The notes beneath the pieces were generated by a model. The model saw nothing but the letters and a program-made list of their open reading frames with translations. It ran no database searches and was not told the DNA's origin. Shown here one piece after another: positions 13,193-27,809 of a stretch of DNA of 64,000 nucleotides (position 1 is the first letter of the stretch; every line of letters begins with the position of its first letter). Both the position numbers and the translations under genes were made by a program. The stretch is from Mugil cephalus (lineage: Eukaryota): NCBI RefSeq assembly GCF_022458985.1, contig NC_061789.1, forward strand, positions 11,479,707 through 11,543,706. Reading direction: 5' to 3'.

Positions 13193-16100
13193 TCAAAAGC
13201 AGCCCGCACAGCAAGACCGACTTCACGAAAAACAACTAACCCGACCTGACACGTTCCCCCGCATTCACGAAGCACTCTTGTACTCAAGCGCCTGCACTGG
13301 ACGAAAAAAAACAAATACAGTTCTGTTCCCATTCTTTGCTGTTGTTTCTTGCTGCACGACGAGCATGGTCTGCCTGACGCTCTACCTCTGACACGACTGA
13401 TGAACACAATCCTGACACTGACGTCCGATCTGGAGATGGAGAGATGGACGGATCACTCTGTGGTAGCAGCTTATCTCCTCCTCAGACTGTTTTCTCCCAT
13501 CGATGATGTTGTCATGGAGATGGACATCTGTCTCCATGGAAATGGGATTATTCTGGTCTCCAAATGAGGTCCAGGAATGGAGCAAACTTGGGGACGTGTA
13601 TTTCATGCTTTGATGCCAAATAATTAGAAACTTGGTCTCAGCTGAACTGAAACTGGGAAATGGTGCTGCTGTGAACATGAACTGAGTCTTTTTACTGTGA
13701 AGGGATGAAGGAAAAGGACCGAGTGAACTGTGTAAAGACAAAGTGGAGGACTGTTTCATGCCATCAAGTCACATCTGGGTTAGTTTCTGTTTTTCCCGTT
13801 TCTTTGACTCAGTGAAAACTGTCATTCAGGTTTTTCTTTCCTTGGTTTTATTGGTCTTTGTGGAAAAAAATGAATCATGTTCCTGAGGTTTACTTTCCAA
13901 ATTCCAAATTTCCAATCATTCAGATACAGCAGCTGCTATAAAACCAACAAAGTTAATTCAGCCCTTGTTGTCCTTAGTCCCAGTTTCATCGTGGATCTTT
14001 CAGTACGTGAACATTTTGAAATCAGATGAGACTGAAAAATAACACCACCTACGTGTCGCAGAAAGAAAGATTATGCTGAGTCGTGGTCCTCTGAGTCCCT
14101 CAGATTCAGCCATATCTAATTATTCTCTCTGACCGCAGCCTGTTCTACTTAATGGACCTAAAGTGATGGACAGTTTTATATTATTCTCAGCGAACTCCAG
14201 GACTTCTATTAATTTGGGTGGTTAAGGTTACACCGCACATCTCATCTTACGATGTGATTTCACATACTGCGGATCAATTTTTCCTCTGCAGCAGTTTCAT
14301 TTCAATCTCCTGTTTCTTCACAAGCCCCTAACGCTCCAGGTTTTTATTGGCCCTCTTCACATAAAGTACATGGAGATGCTTTCAGTATCTGGTCTCCTGG
14401 TCCAGTATCAGGCTCTAGCTCAGTCTCAACTGCATATAACATAATAACCGTGCCGTATGCCGTTGGTAGTGGACACAAATTTCCACATTATACTCGTTTA
14501 TGAAGGATTATGTAAAATAAATCCCACCATTTTCTAGTTTTTGACCTCTCCATCTACCACATCTGTCTTTGAGCTATGTTGATCATTTTGCTCATTTCCT
14601 GCCTTTCGGTTTCTAACTTATCTCTGATTACTGACGCCAACATTAAACATCTTCACACTGTTCGTTATCGCCAGCACAACATCAATGCTTCCTTCACTAC
14701 CATCAGTACCATAAGGAAAAATATGGACTGTCATGTTTGACTTAGTACCCGAGTCATCTGTTCTTGTGACTTCCCTACATCAGATAATCAGATAATCCAA
14801 GGGAATGAATCCTATTGATTTGATCTCCGCCGTTTTTTCACGCTTGTTCATAAAATAACATGGACATGGTAAAAATCTGTAAACAAAATCCAAATGTTGG
14901 GAAAGTTGTCTTATCGATAAAACTAAAATTGGGCAAAGAACCGGTAAATAAATGAACATGAATCGCGTGACTTCAGCGTCCACTGAACCTTTGGCTCCGG
15001 TGGAGAGAGGAAAAATCTGTATGAAATCAACGAGGAAACGTCAGCCGTCCTCGCATTACTTTCTATATTATTTTTGTTTTTCAAATTTGTCCATGGATGT
15101 ATTAATGACAACTGGATACTGGACTCAAACGCGGCTGCAGCTAGCTTAAAAAATAAAACTGACTTTTTTTTTTTTTTTACAAAAATGATACCTCGACGGA
15201 TTAAAACTTCAAAAAAGATTAAAAAACAAGCGCGTTTACAGTTTAACACACGTCTCTTTTATAATAGGGTTATATGAAGAAAATGGGGTTTTCACTGCAA
15301 TACCATGACTGGTCCCTAGGCAGCATTTGCAGCAAGGCACTGTACCAGCTCTATTGATACATCCATGGATTTGACTGCAGCTGTTTTAATGATCTCTCGG
15401 TGCCAAACCCCAGAGTGTGTACCAACCAGCACAGAACAGCTTCCCCTTTTAGCCTGATTTATGGAATGTATGCACGCTAACAGACACTTTTGTGGACAGA
15501 TTGTTTTGGGAGAACGTCGCGGAAATAAGCTGTTGTTACGGACGTTAATCAGCCCCTCGTCTCCTCTAACCTGTGCATGTTTACAGTATTTATTACAGAA
15601 TGCTTTTACATAAGACTGTAGCCTCATTTAGCAAGCAAGCTAACTGAGTAGCACTTTGTAAATAGATGGTATGAGAAAGTAAAGATACCCCCTTCTTCTT
15701 TTTGCTTTATCATGGACTGATTCAACCTGGCACCCAACAAAAAATGCGCTTAAATGTTCAGATCAAAGGTTCAAAGCAGTGACATGATTGAACCGATCAG
15801 TGTGTAGAGGTGAGGTCAGGTGAGGTCAGGCTCAGAGGTGAGGAAGGAGGGGAGTGTCTTATAGTGCTGCGTTCATGTCATACGGGACAAATCGACACAC
15901 TTTCATTGATTGGAGGCGGCCATTTTTGTTTGGTTTTCAGACATGTCTATAACGCCATATTAATGCGTCTCCAAGGGTTATAATATTTACAAACCTGAAA
16001 CACATAATTACAAAATCTATATGCTATGGCATGAACGCAGCATTAAGGTCATGTCCATCCCGTACACACTTTCACTCCACTCACTCCTGTACTGTATGTA

Positions 16101-19100
16101 GCATGCCTGTTTACTAATCATATTATGCAAAGAGTAAAAAGTCCCAGCAATCGCTAACTTATCTGATTTTTTGCTATGGTAATGTACTCGCACATGGTTT
16201 TTATGGACTTTGCTTGCGCTACCTCTCAGAGTTGCCTACAGTGTTTAATCAATCACAACTCATGTTTCATTTCATCATGATGATTTTAACTGACTGTTAA
16301 ATCTCTCGTATTTCTGTTTGTAATTTTGCTCAGTTAACGCTTCTTTTGGAGATTTTCACGGCTAACGTTGTAATTTCTTGACAATATCGTGCAAGATTTT
16401 GATTGTGAACACATTCCCACGAATCTATACAGTCATTTGTCTCTGATTCAGCTGGCACAAGATGTGTAAATAGAACAACCACTATAGTATATGTACATCA
16501 AACAGAAAACTGCCCTATAGGAAACATTATGTCTAACACTGAGAAGTGAAAAGGTCAGAGGAAGATTTTGCAGCAGAGGTGTCTTGATCTTAAATAGCTG
16601 GTGAGATTTGATTTTAAGATTCAAAATTTACAGTGTAGGTGGCGATTCAATCGCAACGCAAGAGTCAGTTGGATTTTAGGGTAACTTAGCTGGATTTTTA
16701 TGTCCACAGTAAACTGACAGTGCCTTGTTCTCCAGTGAGGTTGAATGTAAAATGATAAAGTGTAAGTCCGCAGAGCTAAAGCTAACTCAAAGGAAACTAG
16801 CAAGCTGTGCAGTAAAATAAAAGTTCCTCAAGCGAAACCAACTCGTAAATAATATTTGAAAATGTCTAGACTTCAGATGGAAAATTTGCAACAGCGAGTA
16901 GCACAGCGAGGAATTCATTGTTTATCAGGTATGGCTACATCATATGGACTGAAATGACTGTAAGCCTAGGTAACTTAGTGTAGCACAAAGACTGAAAGTG
17001 GGACGTACCAATAGCTAGCTAGCTACCTAGCTAGCTAAAAAGCTGTTGCAAGAGATGAAAAAAAAAACAAAAAACACCATGTTAAATTACATGTCTACAT
17101 GTTAATTTAAACTCTTGACTACATACACAATTCCAGGTTATGTTAGCATATCTTAGCACACAACTGAATTAGAGGATATGTTTAGCTATCTACTTGGTTA
17201 GCTAGAAAACTGCCTTCCAACAAGACTTAGCAAAGAAGATGATGTGTAGAAGACAACTGTTTTGTAACATTAGTATTCAAATTTCAACAAGTATGATTTT
17301 CAAATTATCTGTATTTGATTATAATGTGCACCCAAAATAATTGTCAGCAGTACATAGCCTACTGTATGCTGCAGATTAATTTGACCAATGTGTTAGTTTA
17401 AACTTGTTTTATTACACCTGACTACTGAAAGAAGTGCAGCATTTAGCCTAGCTCAGTACATACTCTGTAATTAAGGGATAAATGTTAGCTATCTGACGCT
17501 AACATTTAGCAAAAAAAATAGATAGCAACAGATAGCAAAAAATAATCTCAAATTAATTTGTTAGCATAGCATAGCACATTTCAGTAAGTCTCAATATAGG
17601 CACAACCGTTTCCCACACATAAATGTAACAATAAATAAAAAGCATGCTCAAATCCCCTTAGCTTTAATATATATTGAGATATGTTAACTTTGACATTTAA
17701 ATATATTTAAAAGTCCAAAGGTTTGAGGCTATTGATCCAAGGCCACTTCTTCCAGCTCATAGTTTGCTGCTTCAAATTAGATTGTAATATTTCCAGGATA
17801 TCCATTAAGCTTCAAGAATTTGACAGTTTCACTATAGATTAAACTGTTAAACTGTATTATTTTGTTTTAGAAATACTGAAAATCTTCCAAAGGACTTCTC
17901 ATTTCGAATACAGTCTACTGTACATGCTGTGTAAATGCTGTATTTATTGTAGGTTGGTTAGTTTGATGTTCACTTTAACTCTTTGCACTCGTCAGATTCT
18001 CTGCTCTTGTTTATCTTTATTTGTAAATGCTCTTTAGACACCTGATTACCTGATCTTTGTATTTTTATATTGCTCTTCTCATTGTCTGGATCTCTTTTGT
18101 ATTTATATGGTAATCTCCTGTTTGTAACACTCAGTATAACCTGCTTCCAGCTTGCTTATTTTATTTTATTTTACGTTTTTTTAAAAACCAGCAAGATCAG
18201 AGGACGTTGTAAGCATGATAGATCGTCAGCTGACTTCATTATGTCCTCCTCGTATTAGTGATTGCTCGCTCCTGACACCAGACTCTCTTTGTGCCTGTGC
18301 ATGCCTTAAATTATGGAGCATACTGAATGAGTATGGGTGTACACAATACATTTATCAAAGACACCGTTGTTGAGTATTGGATCATGTTTGAAGGGAATAA
18401 ATCACAGTTATATACGACTTCCTCCGTGTCTGCAGGCGCGTGAATGCACCTGGGAGTAACAGCACAGTAACACCCGTCAGGGTGACACATTTACTGGCGA
18501 CAACACAGGAACTAATCCAGCAGGGATCGAACTGATGTTCACAAACTCTCACACTGCCTGACGGATGCAATCACAGGGTTGTAAAAGTTGTTACAGGAGG
18601 AAAATTGAAACTATGACTCGTATCTATGAATTACTGCTGACTGTGATATTATCAATATATTCCTGTAACAAATTTTTACCAACTTTAAAGAAACAATTAG
18701 GTGGTAAAGTGGTGCGGTCGTTCACTGGTGATTCTAATCTGGCGTGAGTGTCCACTATTTCATTACATTGTTCCTGCGATTCCCAAAAATATGCATCACA
18801 AATTATTTACCTAATCTATAACGAATGATGTAGCTAAATGTTTAACTCAAAGCAGAACCATAAATAAGCATAAAGTTGGTCCTATTTGTGACTCCAGATA
18901 TTGCCTCTTCAGGTACACAGGTTTCCGCAATTTGCTTTTTTCTGCTTCAAGTGTCTTCAGGTTCTATCCGGAGACAAAATATCTCATTAGATCGAAGTAA
19001 AATTTATGAAACTTATCCTATAATTTTGTTTTTTTTGGTCCATGTTTTTTCCACTCTTAATTTAGCAAGGCTGATCAAATCTTTAAAATTTCATCAAATT

Positions 19101-19835
19101 TAATCTCACAACAGTAAATTTTATGTCATAACATTTTAAAAACTAATTCTCACAATTCTGGTGATTTAGTTAGTCAGTTTGCCTTCAATAACGATAACCT
19201 TCTTATTGATGATATTTCAATTTTATGTCATGATTTTGACAATGGAATTCTAATTTTAAACATTTTAAAATCTGCTATTTTTTTTCTATCCCGTTAGTTT
19301 ACCCGTTTTATGTGATAATTTTAACTGACTGACCTTTCTGCTCCATTTCTCGGAAAACTACAAACAATTCACAACGTCTGTTGGCCGTAAATAGTGCTGT
19401 TAACGGTAAAAGTGTAGCGTCAGCAACAGAATGAGTCACACAGTGCATAAAAATCAGCTTCATAGGTGGATCTAGACGAAGTGTGTGGGTGTTTAGGAAT
19501 AAAATATTAATTACTTAAAAAGTCAGTTTTTGTTCCCGTTATGTAAAAATACTACTTTAAAATCTTAACAAGCCTCATCTCGGCATGCTTTTTTAAAAAA
19601 TATATTTATTTATTTTTATTTTTTTAAATTTAATTTTAATATGACATTGAAATTGGGAGAGTGAAGGAGGAGTGGGAGACGTAATGAGGCATCGGTCTTC
19701 ATTTCTTGCAACCTGTTTCTAGGGCGAGAGAACGGGTTGTCACGGCAACTGTCGCCAAGGGAGTGAAATGCTGGGATGGAGATCGAGAGAGAGAAAGAAA
19801 GAGAGGTTTGGTTCCTGAATGTTAATAAAAGATAT

Positions 19836-19860
19836 CTCTCTCTCTCTCTCTCTCTCTCTG
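19836..19860. repeat. (CT)n microsatellite
   Basis: ctctctctctctctctctctctctg. Confidence 0.9.
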
Positions 19861-19899
19861 CGAGCTTCATTTGAATTTTAGATTCCTATAAATTATTAA

Positions 19900-20350
19900 G
19901 AGGCTCCACCGCTGAGGCTACAAGAGGAGAGATCAAGAGATAAAGAGGAGGAGGAGGAGGGCAGGACGGGGGGGCTGGGGTGGGGGTTAGGACAGGAGGG
20001 GAAAGGGAGAGGAGGCGCAGGAAGGGGAGCTGCAAAACACAGAAGGAAAGCAAAATGAGAAAGTGCTTGCGTTTTATCTACGTGGGCGCAATGTCGAGTC
20101 TTCATCGAGACAAATAGAGGCGTCCAAGGGCGTCGGCGGGAGACGAGAGGGAGGAGACGGAATGTGGAAAAGTGAGCGGCGAGAAAAGACTGATGAACAT
20201 AAACGGAGGAGGGGGGCAGTGTGTCATAATGCAGCTGAAAGGAGGGGAGGAGGAAGAGGAGGAAGAGGAGGAGGAGGAGGAGGAGGAGGGGGCGGGGTTG
20301 CCATATGAGAGGAGAGGAAGACAATAGGAGAGGAAGAAGTAAGTGGAAGA
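19900..20350. repeat. Polypurine (GA/GGA-rich) low-complexity tract about 450 bp long
   Basis: Strings such as gaggaggaggaggagggcaggacggggggg and ggaagaggaggaagaggaggaggaggaggaggagggggcgggg. It yields the spurious low-complexity ORFs 19896..20396 and 20063..20308. Confidence 0.8.
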
Positions 20351-20502
20351 AACTAATGGAGCTGTAGGTACTTGGAAAAATTTTATTTTCCTCCAAAAAT
20401 ATTTATACGTTCATCCCACTCGGGGAAGTTTGACGCAGTCCAGAAATAGTAGAAACAGTTTAAGCTGCGTGTGGCTGACTTCTCTAACTTCTCAGTGAGG
20501 AG

Positions 20503-20520
20503 TGTGTGTGTGTGTGTGTT
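20503..20520. repeat. (GT)n microsatellite
   Basis: gtgtgtgtgtgtgtgtgt. Confidence 0.9.
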
Positions 20521-23500
20521 TGCTTCCTGCTGTTACCAGAAATGAGTGTGAAGATTCCCCCGATCCACCGGGACGGCAGCTCTGCCTCTCAGGCCGAGGA
20601 CGAGACACAAACAGAACACCCGACCACAGATAATACACAGAATTAAATGCTCCAAATGTGTGTGCCGTCATGTACAGTAAATACATAAGCATCATAGGAG
20701 GCGCATCTCACAGGTGAGGTCACATGGTCAGGCTCCAGGAAGTGCGAGTGTGGCGTGGCTGCAGGACACGTCGAGGAAGCAGTAAATGTCATCTGAGGTT
20801 AAAAAAAGAAACGGCGCTGCAGTTTTGTAGCTCATAAATCTAAACGCACACTTTTAGATTGAATGCACTTTTAGATAGACATCCATAAATCCGACTGGAA
20901 GCTGGCAATGACCATTCACTCGTTTTCCGTAACGTCTTGTCCTCTAGACGTTCGGGCTGCTGGAGTCCATCCCAACTGTCATCTGACATTCACAGTCAAG
21001 CCAAGTTAGAATCATCAGGTCACCTAACAAGAGTGTCTGTCTCATTCGCTCTGGTCTACGTGGCAGTTTTGAGCCCCTAACTAACGGGGGTTAGTCGTTC
21101 CCCTTTCGTGGCTCAGCGGAGCTCTCACGTCACCCTCGACCTTCTCGGGCCGCCGGGACCTCGGCGGGACGCCGCCGCTGTCAGGCGTCCAGCTGAGGGG
21201 GTTTCGTCTGTGACCTTGCGTCGACTTTGTTGACTTCAACTGAGACTAACTTTCAGAGGAACGGTCAAAGAGCGGAGCCACGCTAAGAGGCGTTCAGAGG
21301 GATGTTGAGTCATACATGTGTTTGTCTGAGGCCTTTCATTGACTATTTACAGATAGAACGGTTGCACATTTGTTTCTCTGGAGTGTCTCTGGAAGGTACA
21401 ACTGTGTGCATGTGTTAACTGACAGAGCACAAGAGGTTAAGGTCATTAAACAATAATTGCAATAGTTTTTATATTTCAAGCAAAAGTAGAATAAAAAAAT
21501 AGATTTTTAGCTTCTAAAAGTGGCGTTTTTGTTTAAAATTTTCTTGGAGATATTTGCAGGGCTCACTTTAAGACAAGCACACTCTTTAGGTCACTCTCAG
21601 TGAACTCTCACAACTTAGTTTTTGTGGCTATACCTGCTTTTTTTCATCTTTTATTTTGTTGCTTTAGTAGAAAAAACGGGAGTGAACTGCTCCGCTGATG
21701 CTCATGACAAGAAAAATACAAATTATTAATAACTGAAAACTTTATTTTTGATATTTGTTGAAAATATATTTTTATTTATTGCACGTTATCGCAGCTCTTG
21801 ACCTTTTTTTTACGTACAAAAACATCCGTCTATCATAAATCAGAGCTGATCGTCAGCTAATTGATATTGACAATCTAGTTCACCGACAAATCCTGAACCC
21901 AACGTGGAGGTCAGGACCTCGGCAGGCGGGGACGGAGAGAGCGAGCGAGAAGATAAGGAGAGACACATATGAGAGGAGACAGCTGGAGAGAATTACAGTC
22001 AGCCTTGAAGGATTTCATTAGCGTCGCCTGATTCGATTACCTGATCGATGGATTGAGTTAAAGAGGAGCCCCCTCTTCTCCTGATCTGAAACTACTTGGC
22101 AGCAGTTGGTCCTGACGTGCGCTCGGAAGACGGGATCGCACCAGCATCCCAGTGTTACTGTGTTTCCCTCGTTTCACACCTGGAGTTTTAAACGATTGAC
22201 CCATGTGTTGTGTTTTGAGTTGTACTCAGTGTTGGTTTACTTCATAAGCTTTCTTGAGTTTTCTTCAGTGGGTGTGATGAGCAGAGAGTACACTGGCCAA
22301 AGCCAAATACTGTAACTTACCCACAGCATTGATAGGGCTAAGAGCTCCCCCTAGTGGTCTGCTGCAGAGCTGCTCAGGTTCAAAGGTCCAGGCTTTGTCT
22401 GCTCACATCCATCTGTAACAAGGGGTTTTAGTTTGATTAATATCTCCTCTGCTCCACTAATCAAATTATTTATTTCTTCATCGCATACACCAATCAGGCG
22501 TAACATTATGACCGCTTTCCGAATATTGAGTAGGTCTCCCTAGTGCCTCCAAAACAACAGGAACAACAGGAGGTTGTTAGTGGGGACATTTGTGTCTCTG
22601 TGGATCATCTCACTTGATCAATTTGGGATCTAGTGAATCTGGAAGCCAGGTCAACACCTTGTGCCGATTGGTGTATCCCACCAGTGGTTCTTGACCCTTT
22701 TTTCAGTGATGTAGCCCTTAGACCAGATGTAGACCAGAGAAAAGCATTTCTGGTTGAAAAAAAGAACTGACTTAGATTTTCCACAACTTTCTTGAGAATA
22801 TCTGTTCCCATTTTATCAACTACGACAAAGGTACAGTCTTTAATTTCTCCAGCCTGGTCTCGGCTAAAACACAACAGGAAGGAAGGAGCGGGTCTTCTCA
22901 TATGGTGAAATGGTTCTGAACAATTAAAATAAATCAATGAGAGCATCGCATAAGAGGCTAAGAGGCTTCCAGGGTTTTGGCTGATGTCTTTGAGTCTTTC
23001 CGCTTCGTATCTTAAGTCAGGGCCGTGCACAGGCCTCTGGAGGGGCCGCTGCTCACAGTTAAAGGTTGGTACATGGAGCATGGATTTGAAACATACCTAG
23101 TGTTTGCCTTTCAGAGCCTCACGCAGTCCCTTTTTGTTTTTCTTTCAACCTCCTTTCCTTACGAGGTATCTCTGCAAAATGACATACGATTTATAAGGTA
23201 GAAGAATGAATGAATGTGCTCCGTTGTGCTGATTCAAAATCTACCCTTTATTATTCCAAAAGTTATTAACAAGTACTGATATGTTTAATGAGAGGCTGAG
23301 AAAATCACAATTCAAACTCTCCTAATTATTACTGGTGTTGTCTTTATACTGTAATAGTCCAAATAGCCTGTGCCTCATTATCTCTGGAAACAGGAAAAAC
23401 ACTACTTGACAGTAAAATGATCCATCTCTCTAATGCACTTTGCCCAGACAAAAGGAACAAAAAGAAGCTTGACATACTTTTTCCCCTCAGCACGATGTGT

Positions 23501-23657
23501 GGTTAACGAGAGGAGCTTTTAACGAGCTTGGGAGAGGTGCAGAATCAGACGCACAACAACCCACACAGGAAGGATAATCGTTTCAACATGTCATGCCATC
23601 TTGCAGGAATACATCGTGCACGAGCGAATACTGCTGCAAAACCTACTCACCGGGACG

Positions 23658-23688
<31 letters not shown>

Positions 23689-25120
23689 AATTACTACGAC
23701 GTCGTTAGCCATAGCTAGAGGGCACGTCTGATAAATAATACAAAATAATAATAATAAAAAAGAAATATAGAAAATAAATTAATGAATATACAACATAAGA
23801 AACGTAGACAGTCTTAAGATACTTCTATCATACAGTCTCTTTATGAATAAAAGAAAAGTTCTAAGTAATTTTTAATTATCGAGCAGCGATTAGCTAACGT
23901 GACTTCCGCTTTCGAGATCCGGCAGAATAAAGACGTTTAACAGCCTACTGAAAATAAATTTCCTCTTATGAACTTGGACTTGGAATATTTGGTAACTTAC
24001 AATTTATTAAATAACTATTTTAAAAAAATATTATTGAATTTGAATTTTATGTGTTTTTTAAAAAAATATTTATTAAAATATTCATTATTCTTATCTATCA
24101 TTTTATTATTCTTATTTGATGATTTAAAAAAAATGTATACATTGACATTATTTTTAAAATATTATCTATCATTATTATTCATAATTTGTTATTGTTTTTT
24201 AAATATACATTTTGTTTAATGTCACGTACCCTCTGGAGTACCTTCAAGTAGTATATACAAAAAAGAGAGAGAAAACAACTCAGTAAAGTATCCGTTTTTA
24301 ATATTGGTAAGTATACCAGCAGCAGCAGCAGCACACAGGTCTTAACGTAGGAACAACAGCACTTTTTAAGGCAAAGAGAAAAACTACACAACCTCCACCA
24401 CAGAAGTAGAAATGCTCAATACAGACTATACGTTTATATTTGTTAATTTCTGTGGCTATAGTGCAAAGCAGAAAGGGAAATCTTTGGCTTTTAGGTGTCA
24501 ACAAAGTAAACAAAAAGTTATGAAGTTGTTAGGCACAATTATTCCATTAACAGCATCAGTTCACTGACACATCACATGTTGTCAGTTCTGCTCTGTCAAA
24601 ACTCAGAGTCTCATTTCTTCTGTAAAGTAATGATCAGTAACAGTGAGCATCGCGTCTACGTTGTACAACCTGGAGAAAATAAACCAAGGACGTGAGTCTG
24701 CTTCCCTGCTCCGTCTGAAAGTGTGTCATCTAATAAACAAACAGCAAATTTTATTTTTAGAGGTCTGACATTTTTATGCAGAGAGTGAAATGCGTTTTAA
24801 TATTAGACGACCCACTTTTATGTAAGAACAATGAAACAGTTCCTTTTATTTCTCATGCTGAGTTTTGAACATAGAATTTTGATTGTAGAGAAGCAGTGAA
24901 TCTAAGGATTCAGTAACTTCCTGGTTATATAAACTGGACAAACTTTGTTTAATTTTTCTGATCCAAGCATAAGATAGAAAGTATAGAAAAAAGGGTTTTC
25001 TTTTAAGCTTGTTTGTTTATTTTAATTGTTCACGCTGTACATTTGCATGAACATAATTCTAGTAAACATTACTTGTGGCGCGGTCAGCTTTTTTTATTTT
25101 TATATTTCCCCTCCCCTTCC

Positions 25121-25252
25121 TCACGGTGCTGAACCCTGTCCCAACCCTGGCAGCGCCCCCAGCAGGCCGTTGGCCGTAGTGAAGAGGTTTATGGGAGACG
25201 AGCCATCCGTGATGAGGGTGGACTTGAGCCCCAGAGCCTGGAGCATCTTCAC
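25121..25252 (-). CDS. mvp: mvp copy 1, exon 16 (last; stop at 25121-25123)
   Basis: Acceptor cctacag|GTG. Encodes [43 protein letters not shown] (human ...[32 protein letters not shown]...). An AATAAA signal on the minus strand lies at about 25015-25020. Confidence 0.85.
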   Translation of the reverse strand: MKMLQALGLKSTLITDGSSPINLFTTANGLLGALPGLGQGSAP

Positions 25253-25368
25253 CTGTAGGAAACAAACCACTGTGAGTTTAAAATCCTGCACAAAGTCAAG
25301 GTACTTCTAATGAGCCGCTTTACGTCCTCTCTGAAGTAGATTTTAATTTCTAGTTTTTGGTACGGTAC

Positions 25369-25557
25369 CTGCAGCTCTGGTCCGGCTCTGGCGATCTCCT
25401 TCAGCGTGTCACTGCCCAGACTCTCCACCAGCTTCTTGAAGCGGGCACTTTCGATTTGAGCCAGACGCTCCTGCTTCTCCACCTCCAGATTATCCATCTC
25501 CTTCTTATAGTTGAGCTCCTGCTCACGCGCCTTCGCCAGGCGCTGGAGCTCCGCCTC
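25369..25557 (-). CDS. mvp: mvp copy 1, exon 15
   Basis: Acceptor gtgtgcgcag|GAG, donor CAG|gtaccg. Encodes EAELQRLAKAREQELNYKKEMDNLEVEKQERLAQIESARFKKLVESLGSDTLKEIARAGPELQ. Confidence 0.85.
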
Positions 25558-27029
25558 CTGCGCACACACACAGAAAAAAAAAAAACACAGATGAAAACAA
25601 ACTTCTGATTAAATCATTTTGGTGACCGACATGCTGTAGAGATGAAAGTCATATGTACTTAACAGAGCTTTAAGGTTGGCATTAAACAAAACGTGCAGCC
25701 GATTATCCCAGCGCATGCTGTTGTGGGCGGAAGTAGAGATGGTAGTGTATGTTATCGAGCTTACTGTCCGGTGGGAAGACAGAGTTGAGGAGGCTAATGA
25801 GCGCGAGAGAGCTCGATATTCAGAGATGGCAGCAGAAGCTGAGCAGCGAGGGTAGAGCGACTGCGTGCGGCCGGTGGAGGTGGGTTGCCGTGGAACCCAC
25901 CATCTCCTGTGTGAGCTGGGCATTCGTGGGAGAGAACAAAGGGTGACATGTCCCTGGCAGCAGAGCGATCAAGTGAGTGGCTGTGGCTGAGGAGGAAACA
26001 TGCTAGCTGGGGAGCATGCTGGGGAGCAAGGTTAGGCTAGCTGGTTTTAGTAGTTAGTAGTAGGGCTAAGCTAATCTCTCGGTTGAAAGTTACACGGTTG
26101 TGTGGTGGCAGCATGGAGAGGGGGCCCCCCAAGACACTGGAACTTACTGTTCAGCCTTCTTGAGGTGTCGTGGGCCTTAACAAAACATCGGTGAAGGGAG
26201 GTGCCCACTTGAAAACCCCAAAGATGTGTCGCGTACTGCCTATTGCCGTTGGCTAGGCTAGTTAGATGGCATCTTCTTGTTGGTTGCTAACCGGTAGCTG
26301 ACAGCGAGCCTGCTGGTCGGTTTTTCAGTTGGACTGGGCTTCTAAAGTCAGCCCTGGATGCCTAAATATTGAGCAAAAAATGACCATACTCCATCAGTTT
26401 ATTTATAAGAAGGAAAATAAAGCAATGCAAGCAATTTTCTACCTAAATAAAATTGCCAAAAAGCAAAAAATTTCCCCTTGCTGACAAAAAGAACTTTTTT
26501 TTAATTAGTATTTTTTAAAGAAATTTCTTTGAAATGCCCTAAAACATTTAACACCTCGGCAGGCTTTCTGTGAGCTCCAAACCACCACGCGTCCCAACAT
26601 CCACAGGCCCAATTTCCCTATTTTTGATATGAAAATTAGGTTGGTTGGAAATTTAGTTTTTGTAGTAGCGACACAGCCAAGTCGTTTCAGCATCTCAGAG
26701 GCGTGCAGTAAGAGACATGCAGCAGCCCACAGTTATCCACTGAAAAGCTGCCAACACCGGCCGGGTTCTTATTCTTGTACTTACCATTACCATTTCGTTA
26801 CAGTACTCCATCCTCTTTTCTACCTACAAAGTCTTCTGAAATCCAGTTCCTCAAATTATTCTCCTCCTCCTCTTGCGTCTACTCCTGTTGATTCTATCAC
26901 TCCCAGCTCCTCCTTTTTTCACAGCTGCTAATTATTGGCATCTCTACATCAGTCGTACCAGCAGCTCCGGTGTATTTTATTGAGCTCATGCGTGGAGTTT
27001 TATGCTAAGAACAGTAAGAGTGGGCGTAC

Positions 27030-27156
27030 CGCCTCGATCCTTTGAGCCTCTGCCTTCAGTTTGGCCTCGCTGACTGCCGCCTCTCCCTGGATGCGAGCCG
27101 CCTCAGCGCGGGACTGAGCCTCCGCCTTAGCAGCTCCCGTGCTCTCCACCGCAGCG
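27030..27156 (-). CDS. mvp: mvp copy 1, exon 14
   Basis: Acceptor tgtgtttcag|C, donor GCG|gtacgc. Encodes (S)[42 protein letters not shown]. Confidence 0.85.
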
Positions 27157-27269
27157 CTGAAACACAAGCGCCATCGATTCACTGGGACATTTATACTAAA
27201 CAGTTGCATGGACTCAGCCTCATCAGGCTTCATAGTTTAACATCATTCAACATCAAGGTGTGCATTCAC

Positions 27270-27386
27270 CTGAGCGCCTCCAGCTCCAGCAGTTCCTTCC
27301 TGGCTTTCTCCGCCTGGGCCTGGTCGGTGATCTTCTGCCTCTCCAGCTTCCCCCGAGCCTCCTGCTCCAGACGCTCCGCCTCATGT
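27270..27386 (-). CDS. mvp: mvp copy 1, exon 13
   Basis: Acceptor gtgtgcag|A, donor AG|gtgaat. Encodes (R)[38 protein letters not shown] (human [38 protein letters not shown]). Confidence 0.85.
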
Positions 27387-27472
27387 CTGCACACCAACAA
27401 CACGTCATGAAGCCCGGCGGCTTTTCAGCAGCGCTAACCGCTCAAAATCTCAAACTTGTGTGTCTGTGTGAC

Positions 27473-27684
27473 CGTGCGGCCGCCTCCTGGGAGTTGGTGG
27501 TGATCTCGATGGCCAGCTGGACGCTCTTCTGCAGGGCGTCTCGGGTCCTCTGGTCGACAGGCTCCACGGACTGGATGTCCACGCTGCTGATCACCAAGTT
27601 GTTCTGTTTGAAGCAAAGGTTGGGGCGGATCGCCATCTTCTCGTCGAAGCCGAACACAGCGGAACAGATGATCCGGTTGGAGTT
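27473..27684 (-). CDS. mvp: mvp copy 1, exon 12
   Basis: Acceptor tcgtctgcag|AAC, donor CG|gtcaca. Encodes [70 protein letters not shown]. Confidence 0.85.
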
Positions 27685-27809
27685 CTGCAGACGAGACAGA
27701 ACTTAAGATTTAAGAAAGATGTTTCTCTGGAATAAAGGGATATAGATTTTGGTCCATTGTCTACAAACTAGTTCGTCATTTTTTTTAGTAAAAAAACAAA
27801 CACACTAAC

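Noticed and set aside
13382-13759. 125-aa minus-strand ORF downstream of prrt2
   Set aside because: It lies in the probable prrt2 3' UTR on the opposite strand, with no recognisable domain or splice context; likely spurious.
19896-20396. 166-aa minus-strand ORF and 81-aa plus-strand ORF in the polypurine tract
   Set aside because: Both are pure low-complexity translations of GA/GGA repeats (poly-L/P/S or poly-G/R/E), with no splice signals or domain-like sequence.
22605-23081. 158-aa minus-strand ORF containing ...GIHQSAQGVDLASRFTRSQIDQV, considered as a transposase remnant
   Set aside because: The conserved-looking part overlaps a short interspersed repeat that also occurs in non-coding mvp intron 3. 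There are no transposase catalytic motifs (DDE/DDD), so I treat it as repeat-derived non-coding sequence.
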